From the IMG/VR virus record IMGVR_UViG_2852055501_000007, positions 23,047-87,046 of that record: DNA of 64,000 nt. One strand, given 5' to 3'. Positions 58,441 to 64,000 of this stretch are shown here, one piece after another. The stretch is from a virus (taxonomy: Duplodnaviria; Caudoviricetes). The notes below the pieces were generated by a model that was given only the letters and a program-made list of their open reading frames with translations, was not told the origin of the DNA and made no database searches. The first letter of the stretch is position 1. Each line of letters begins with the position of its first letter. The position numbers and the translations under genes were made by a program.

Positions 58441-59094
58441 ATGAAAACGAAATGGTACGATTTGGCTAAAGCACTTATGCGTGATAAGGGCTTAACCTAT
58501 GATGATTTGGCAGAGCACTTTTCAGTTTCGAAAGGTGCTGTCGGTCATTGGATGACAGGAAAAAGAGAGCCATCGCTTCAGGATATCGCAGGAATCCTCG
58601 ACTATGTTGGCGTGACTAATCCCGTGATAAATCCTGATGGAACAATCAGTGTGGGTGAGAACAATATCGTGAAACAAGAGCCGGTATACGAATATCCGCT
58701 CTTCACCAAAGTTCAGGCTGGTGCTTTCACTCAAAATGGAAACTCGTACACCAAAAAAGATGCGGTATCGTGGATTCCGACTGCAAAAAAAGCAAGTGAC
58801 AGTGCATTTTGGTTAGAGGTTGAGGGCCATTCCATGACAGCACCGCAAGGTGGGCGACCAAGCTTCCCTGAAGGAATGCTGATACTGATTGATCCTGAGC
58901 AGGATGTTGAGTTCGGTGATTTTTGCGTGGCCAGCCTGCTAAATGATGAATTCACATTTAAACGACTGATCAGAGAGGGTGGCGTAAAATACCTGGAACC
59001 ACTGAATCCGAGATATGACCTGATTCAGATCAACGGCAACTGCCGGATGGTGGGTAAAGTGGTTAAGTCACAGTGGCCTGACGACACGTTTTAG
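58441..59094 (+). CDS. CI-like repressor (lambda CI-type C-terminus)
   Basis: [41 protein letters not shown]. Confidence 0.95.
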   Translation: MKTKWYDLAKALMRDKGLTYDDLAEHFSVSKGAVGHWMTGKREPSLQDIAGILDYVGVTNPVINPDGTISVGENNIVKQEPVYEYPLFTKVQAGAFTQNGNSYTKKDAVSWIPTAKKASDSAFWLEVEGHSMTAPQGGRPSFPEGMLILIDPEQDVEFGDFCVASLLNDEFTFKRLIREGGVKYLEPLNPRYDLIQINGNCRMVGKVVKSQWPDDTF

Positions 59095-59220
59095 GGTGTG
59101 GTTGACAGAATGGCAATAAAACTGAAATTTGGTTGATGCAATTTTGTTAATCACCGCCAAATAAAAAATAATAATAAATCGAAGTAACCAGGGGTATTGT
59201 TTTATGTAAATAAGGAAAAA

Positions 59221-60312
59221 ATGATGGATAGTATCTATGTACCATGTATAAAAAACGGAATGAATGATCTGATTGGCTTACTTGAGTTAGACGATGAAAG
59301 TAAAAAGAAAATAACACCAGTGATTTTAACTGCTGGAACAGTATTTTCACCAAAGACTGGAAAAATAAAGAAAGACCAATTATTAGATGGATTTATACAT
59401 AACTGGAGTGATAGTGATTTCATTGTTGATGCGTCAAGAACTGATTCAGATATAAAGTCTGAATACAACGAATATCATGGACTGGTTGATCAAACTGATA
59501 ATTTCTCCAGAAAGTTGGGTTATTATAAAAAAATAAGCTCTGTTAATAAAAATTTAATTCCAGCAGTTAGCTGGCGCCCAAATGATGATCTTAAAAACAT
59601 AATACAATTATTAATAAACCTAAAATCAACGTATGAAAAAATAGCCATAATTATCGACCCAAATCAAAATGGAAGTATTGCTACCCTAGATACTCTGTTA
59701 TGTTTATTTAATGACAATGATAAAATAAAAATTATCATTAACTATGGCTCAACATTTAACTCCCCACTTCCCAGTGAAGAAAAAGTAACCAGTATTATTA
59801 GGTCGATTAATCAGCGCGGAGTTAAAGATATAATATTATTAAGTTCATCTTTCCCTCACCTAAAACCTACCGAAAAAGATGTCTGGATAATGTCACCATG
59901 TACTGATTTATCTTGGCAGTTAATGGTTATCAATAAAAATGATACAGAGGCACATGTAATCTATGGTGACTACGCCGCAAACTCACCGTTATCACCTAGT
60001 GAATTCATACCAGGAATGAAAATAATTCCAAGTGCCACTTACTTCAACGATGGTGTTTGGTATCAAATAAAATCAGGGGGAGATAAGGAGTTCTCCGTAT
60101 ATATAGATATTGCAAAAAATATATTATCAAGCGATTTTTTTGATGACTTTTGCTGGGCAACGAACAACATTGTAAAAATATCCACCTCGAAAGATGGATA
60201 TGGAAACTCAGGCGTCTGGAACGGATATAAGGTCAACATTCATATAGAAGAAATTCTAAGAATATTGCAATCAAACGTAACGCAGCAAATCTATGATGAG
60301 GATGAAGAATAA
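59221..60312 (+). CDS. Beta-family protein (P4 beta / sce7725-like)
   Basis: YVP.IK....D, ITPVI, SSSFP, YGDYA, W....N.HI. Confidence 0.75.
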   Translation: MMDSIYVPCIKNGMNDLIGLLELDDESKKKITPVILTAGTVFSPKTGKIKKDQLLDGFIHNWSDSDFIVDASRTDSDIKSEYNEYHGLVDQTDNFSRKLGYYKKISSVNKNLIPAVSWRPNDDLKNIIQLLINLKSTYEKIAIIIDPNQNGSIATLDTLLCLFNDNDKIKIIINYGSTFNSPLPSEEKVTSIIRSINQRGVKDIILLSSSFPHLKPTEKDVWIMSPCTDLSWQLMVINKNDTEAHVIYGDYAANSPLSPSEFIPGMKIIPSATYFNDGVWYQIKSGGDKEFSVYIDIAKNILSSDFFDDFCWATNNIVKISTSKDGYGNSGVWNGYKVNIHIEEILRILQSNVTQQIYDEDEE

Positions 60313-60872
60313 TCCTTTACTCTGTATCTGTTTTTTATACAAGATAAGGCTTTATTCTTAATAAGATCAAAATGAAGCTCAGATAAAACCCTATGTCTAG
60401 CTTCATTTATTCTTTCTTTTCTATTTATTTTTATATTATTTTCCAAACAAAGTTCATCAAGTTCAGATCTCCACAAAAGAGATATAACCTCAAACTTATC
60501 AATAAATTTATTTACCTTAGCTTCTCTAAGTATAGTTATATTTTGACCATAATTATCTAAAATTAGTATGCCAACATTTTTTTCTGATAACTCGATAGCT
60601 TTTAATGCATGCTTATGATGACAGCATAACCATACTGAATCGAATAACCGTAAATAGGCATCATGTTGATTACCCCATCTAGCCAATGAATCTGATTCTG
60701 ATTTTATTTCAAACCCTGTCAGCTTTCCATTGGCATAAACAACATCAGCTCTATTCTTTTTCTCATAAAAACACAACTCGTCAATCAAGACGTCATTATC
60801 ATGGAAATCGAAATACCCACTAGTTGCAATCCAATTTCTTAATAAAATTTTAATCTCTGTTGCATTTTTCAT
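60291..60872 (-). CDS. sce7726-family protein (PD-(D/E)xK-like)
   Basis: E, RAD....NG.L.GFEIKS..DSL.R...Q...Y...FD, LLW..EL. Confidence 0.82.
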   Translation of the reverse strand: MKNATEIKILLRNWIATSGYFDFHDNDVLIDELCFYEKKNRADVVYANGKLTGFEIKSESDSLARWGNQHDAYLRLFDSVWLCCHHKHALKAIELSEKNVGILILDNYGQNITILREAKVNKFIDKFEVISLLWRSELDELCLENNIKINRKERINEARHRVLSELHFDLIKNKALSCIKNRYRVKDYSSSSS

Positions 60873-61168
60873 AATAAAATCACTAGGTTAACCAATGCAT
60901 ATACCAAATAATAGTATTCAGTTTAACCTTTAATTGAAAAAAACTCAAAAATTACCTACAAACATACCTCTCCGCGAGGGCTTTTTTGTGTCCGCAGTTC
61001 TCTCGACTTTGTGATCACGTTGGCAAATCGTGTTTATGGGGAGATAATTTAATCAATTAATACATATAGTTGACAATTTACCTCCCACTGCATCTACATT
61101 TTGTATTTACAAAGATCTACTATTAGTATACATTAGCCTCATCAACTATCATGAATAAGGACGTATAA

Positions 61169-61378
61169 ATGCAAACAGAACCTACCATCACCAGCAATAT
61201 GTCCGCCGACGATGTCGCACTGTGGATCACCGAAAAAGCCCAAGCGATTCAAAAGCTGCAATTACTACATGCAGAACGTGACAGAGAGATCCGCGATCAC
61301 GAACGCACCATCAGTAGACTCGATGAAGATATCATCAAGTGGGAAGACCGCTGTGCTTTAACAGTACAACCGCAGTAA
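61169..61378 (+). CDS. First gene of pL-like operon
   Basis: Homolog of 13027-13239. Confidence 0.8.
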   Translation: MQTEPTITSNMSADDVALWITEKAQAIQKLQLLHAERDREIRDHERTISRLDEDIIKWEDRCALTVQPQ

Positions 61379-61671
61379 CGGCTGCGTATCTGAATAACTG
61401 TGTGAAGAGTAAACGACCCCATAACAATAACCATGTAATACCATTAGCGGCCGTGCATACCACGGTACATTCCACCAGCCGGCCGCCATTTTTTTACAAA
61501 CATAAGTCCACCGGTATAAATCGTCCTGCCGGATAGATACCTTGCCTGACCGCTGGTGGACTTATTTTTGTGAATAATAAAAAAGAAATAACCATCATTC
61601 CAACACCAGGGAATTAATTACTTATAAAAAGTAACGGCTTTTTATTATCTAAATTGTGTGGAGAGAAAACT

Positions 61672-61923
61672 ATGTCAAGAATGGTAGATCTTGAAGCGTG
61701 GGCAGAACATGAGTTTGGTGATGAGGCTCCGAGCAGGCGGACATTATATAAATATGCGAAATCACACATGATGGTACCACCAGCTTTAAAAGTCGGTAAA
61801 AAATGGATGGTAGATCGTGACGCACGTTATGTCGGAATTATTTCAAAACCTCAATTACCGGGCAATTCTGGCGATATGTTAAGAAGGATTTTGTCTGATG
61901 GCTGCGAGACCACGCTCTCATAA
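61672..61923 (+). CDS. xis: Excisionase
   Basis: L..WA..EFG..AP, PPA.KVG..W.VD.DA; overlaps int. Confidence 0.88.
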   Translation: MSRMVDLEAWAEHEFGDEAPSRRTLYKYAKSHMMVPPALKVGKKWMVDRDARYVGIISKPQLPGNSGDMLRRILSDGCETTLS

Positions 61924-63031
61924 TATTATTGTCCCTAATTTGTACTGCAAACTTGATAAGCGAAACGACAAGACATACTGGCAGTACAAACATCCGTTTA
62001 CAGGTAAATTTCACAGCCTGGGTACCGATGAGAAAGAAGCAAAAGAAGTCGCTATCCAGGCAAATATGATAATTGCTGAACAACAAACAAAACAAATACT
62101 GAGTATTAATGATCGCCTGTCAGAAATTAAAAACGCCAGACACGGGATCAGTGTCAGCGTGTGGCTTGATAAATATCTGGAAATTCAGAACGAACGAGTA
62201 CGTGAAGGTGAACTAAAACCTAATTCACTAAAGCAGAAAAACAAACCGGTAAATTTATTCCGGGAACACTGCGGCATGCTGAAACTTAAAGATATTACCG
62301 CTTTGGAAATAGCTGAAATCACAGATCAGGTTAAAGCGGCCGGCCATAACCGAATGGCTCAGGTTGTCAGAATGGTGCTGATCGACGTTTTCAAAGAAGC
62401 CCAGCATGCGGGCCATGTTCCTCCGGGATATAACCCGGCGCAGGCAACCAAACAGCCACGAAACAGAATAAAGCGCGAACGGCTTTCACTGGAAGAATGG
62501 CAGGAGATATTCAGTCAGGCGGAGGATTACCCCCACTATCTGAGATGCGGAATGCTGTTGGCTGTCGTAACAGGACAGCGTCTGGGAGATATTTCTGATA
62601 TGAAGTTTTCGGATGTATGGGACGACATGCTCCATATCGAGCAGGAAAAAACCGGCGTAAAATTGGCTATCCCTCTCTCACTAAGATGCCAGGCGATAGG
62701 TATGTCATTACGCGAAGTTATTACTTTCTGCCGAGATCGTGTTGTCAGTAAATACCTGGTTCATTATCAGCACACCACATCACAGGCGCAAAAAGGAGAA
62801 AAAGTAACAGCCAATACCCTGACTACAACTTTCCGGAAAGCTAGAGATAAATGCGGAATAAAATGGGATGAAGGTGCAGCACCAACTTTTCATGAAATGC
62901 GGTCATTATCGGAGCGTTTGTACCGGCAACAGGGAATTAATACCAAAAATCTGTTGGGCCATAAAAACCAGCAACAAACCGATAAATATCATGACGACCG
63001 TGGCAAAGATTGGATAAAGGTGTTGATATAA
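61898..63031 (+). CDS. int: Tyrosine integrase
   Basis: Same motifs as 14243-15370; near-identical C-terminus. Confidence 0.96.
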   Translation: MAARPRSHNIIVPNLYCKLDKRNDKTYWQYKHPFTGKFHSLGTDEKEAKEVAIQANMIIAEQQTKQILSINDRLSEIKNARHGISVSVWLDKYLEIQNERVREGELKPNSLKQKNKPVNLFREHCGMLKLKDITALEIAEITDQVKAAGHNRMAQVVRMVLIDVFKEAQHAGHVPPGYNPAQATKQPRNRIKRERLSLEEWQEIFSQAEDYPHYLRCGMLLAVVTGQRLGDISDMKFSDVWDDMLHIEQEKTGVKLAIPLSLRCQAIGMSLREVITFCRDRVVSKYLVHYQHTTSQAQKGEKVTANTLTTTFRKARDKCGIKWDEGAAPTFHEMRSLSERLYRQQGINTKNLLGHKNQQQTDKYHDDRGKDWIKVLI

Positions 63032-63493
63032 TGTTTTATTGACCCATAGTTTCCTCGTTCGTTTGACATCTAGTTTATATGCCTATTTTGTGCCAAAAAC
63101 GTATATCGACGATTTTAATTCACTAAAAAATATACGCCATAGAAAAAGGGGAAGGGATGCTCTATCTGGAACGTTAACACATGTGATGCAATATCTTCAG
63201 GACGTATTCCAGCTCTATATGGCGCTCAACAGGTATTTTTGGCTAATTGAATAATTCATTACCTTCAGAAGATTAAATAACCTCAATAACAACAACAAAA
63301 TCAATCAGTTAAAAAAACTCTAGATAAATGAAGCTTTTATAGTAAAATAAATTACAATATCCAAACGACTTATTCAAGTGACATTCAGTTTTTGAAAGGT
63401 AGAACAGTTGGATAAAATATTTAAATAACTCATAGACGAAGCTTGATAAAATAAGTAAGGGTAGTTATTTAAGAACGAACAAGAGGATAGATA

Positions 63494-64000
63494 ATGGAAT
63501 CACTAATTGAGAGAATTTCGGCTTATAATATTTTTAACAATATTATCCCTGGAGCTGTTTTATGTTATTTTTTCAACTTTTTCTTTTCTGTAAACTTAAG
63601 TGGTGAGGGGACTATTTATAATTTGTGTCTTTTTTATTTTTGGGGTATTTTTGCATCTAGAATTGGCTCTTTATTTATAGAGAAGATATCAATAAAGGTA
63701 AAATTTGTTAGGTATGTATCTTATAATCATTACTTGATTGCTAGCCAAACGGATGGAGATATAAAAATGTTTTTAGAAGTTAATAACATGCTCAGGACAT
63801 TATCTTCTGTATTTTTATGTTTGATGTTTGCATTTTTATTATCTTTTATTGTTGATAAGTATGATATTAACTGGATTGATATTCCAAAGTTTAGTATTGT
63901 AGGCGCTATAGCATCAAGCCTTTTGTTTTTAATAATGATGTTTGCTTATAGAAAACAAACATCATATATAGCTAAGAGAGTTGAGAACGTGCTTTCTTAG
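63494..64000 (+). CDS. AT-rich multi-TM membrane protein (cargo after int)
   Basis: GAGGA RBS; SAYNIFNNIIPG, SRIGSL, NNMLRT; about four TM segments. Confidence 0.75.
   Translation: MESLIERISAYNIFNNIIPGAVLCYFFNFFFSVNLSGEGTIYNLCLFYFWGIFASRIGSLFIEKISIKVKFVRYVSYNHYLIASQTDGDIKMFLEVNNMLRTLSSVFLCLMFAFLLSFIVDKYDINWIDIPKFSIVGAIASSLLFLIMMFAYRKQTSYIAKRVENVLS

Larger units (their letters stand above)
19049..64000. mobile_element. Prophage B (lambda-like head, Mu-like contractile tail), other att beyond right edge
   Basis: Full ordered module set from tail fibre to int. Confidence 0.92.

Overview
The window holds two related temperate prophages in tandem, probably in a Morganella-like enterobacterium (inferred from gene content and sequence style only). 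They are separated by a duplicated 3' end of icd (18884-19048), the integration target known for phage 21 and e14. Prophage A (1 to ~19048, head and tail genes lie beyond the left edge) shows a P27-type small terminase, HNH, lysis cassette, a cold-shock/lipid A moron (csp, ymcF-like, lpxP-like, psiE), Q, replication, immunity, xis/int and an RloC-like ATPase-HEPN gene. Prophage B (~19049 to beyond 64000) is nearly complete: left-end cargo (umuDC, a foreign-looking rlmF, an HD dNTPase-like gene, a GIY-YIG gene), a serine invertase with an invertible tail-fibre segment, a Mu-like contractile tail, a lambda-like head with recognisable cosQ/cosN, lysis cassette, an AT-rich two-gene moron, Q, replication, immunity, a beta/sce7726 pair and xis/int. 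Best leads: a 24-bp palindromic repeat family marking the borders of cargo modules, a soluble + multi-TM gene pair with RexAB-like architecture, the cold-shock lipid A moron, and an unannotated 52-aa gene conserved in both lysis cassettes. Many frameshifts are single-base losses in homopolymers and may be sequencing errors. Family names are from motif recognition, not database searches.
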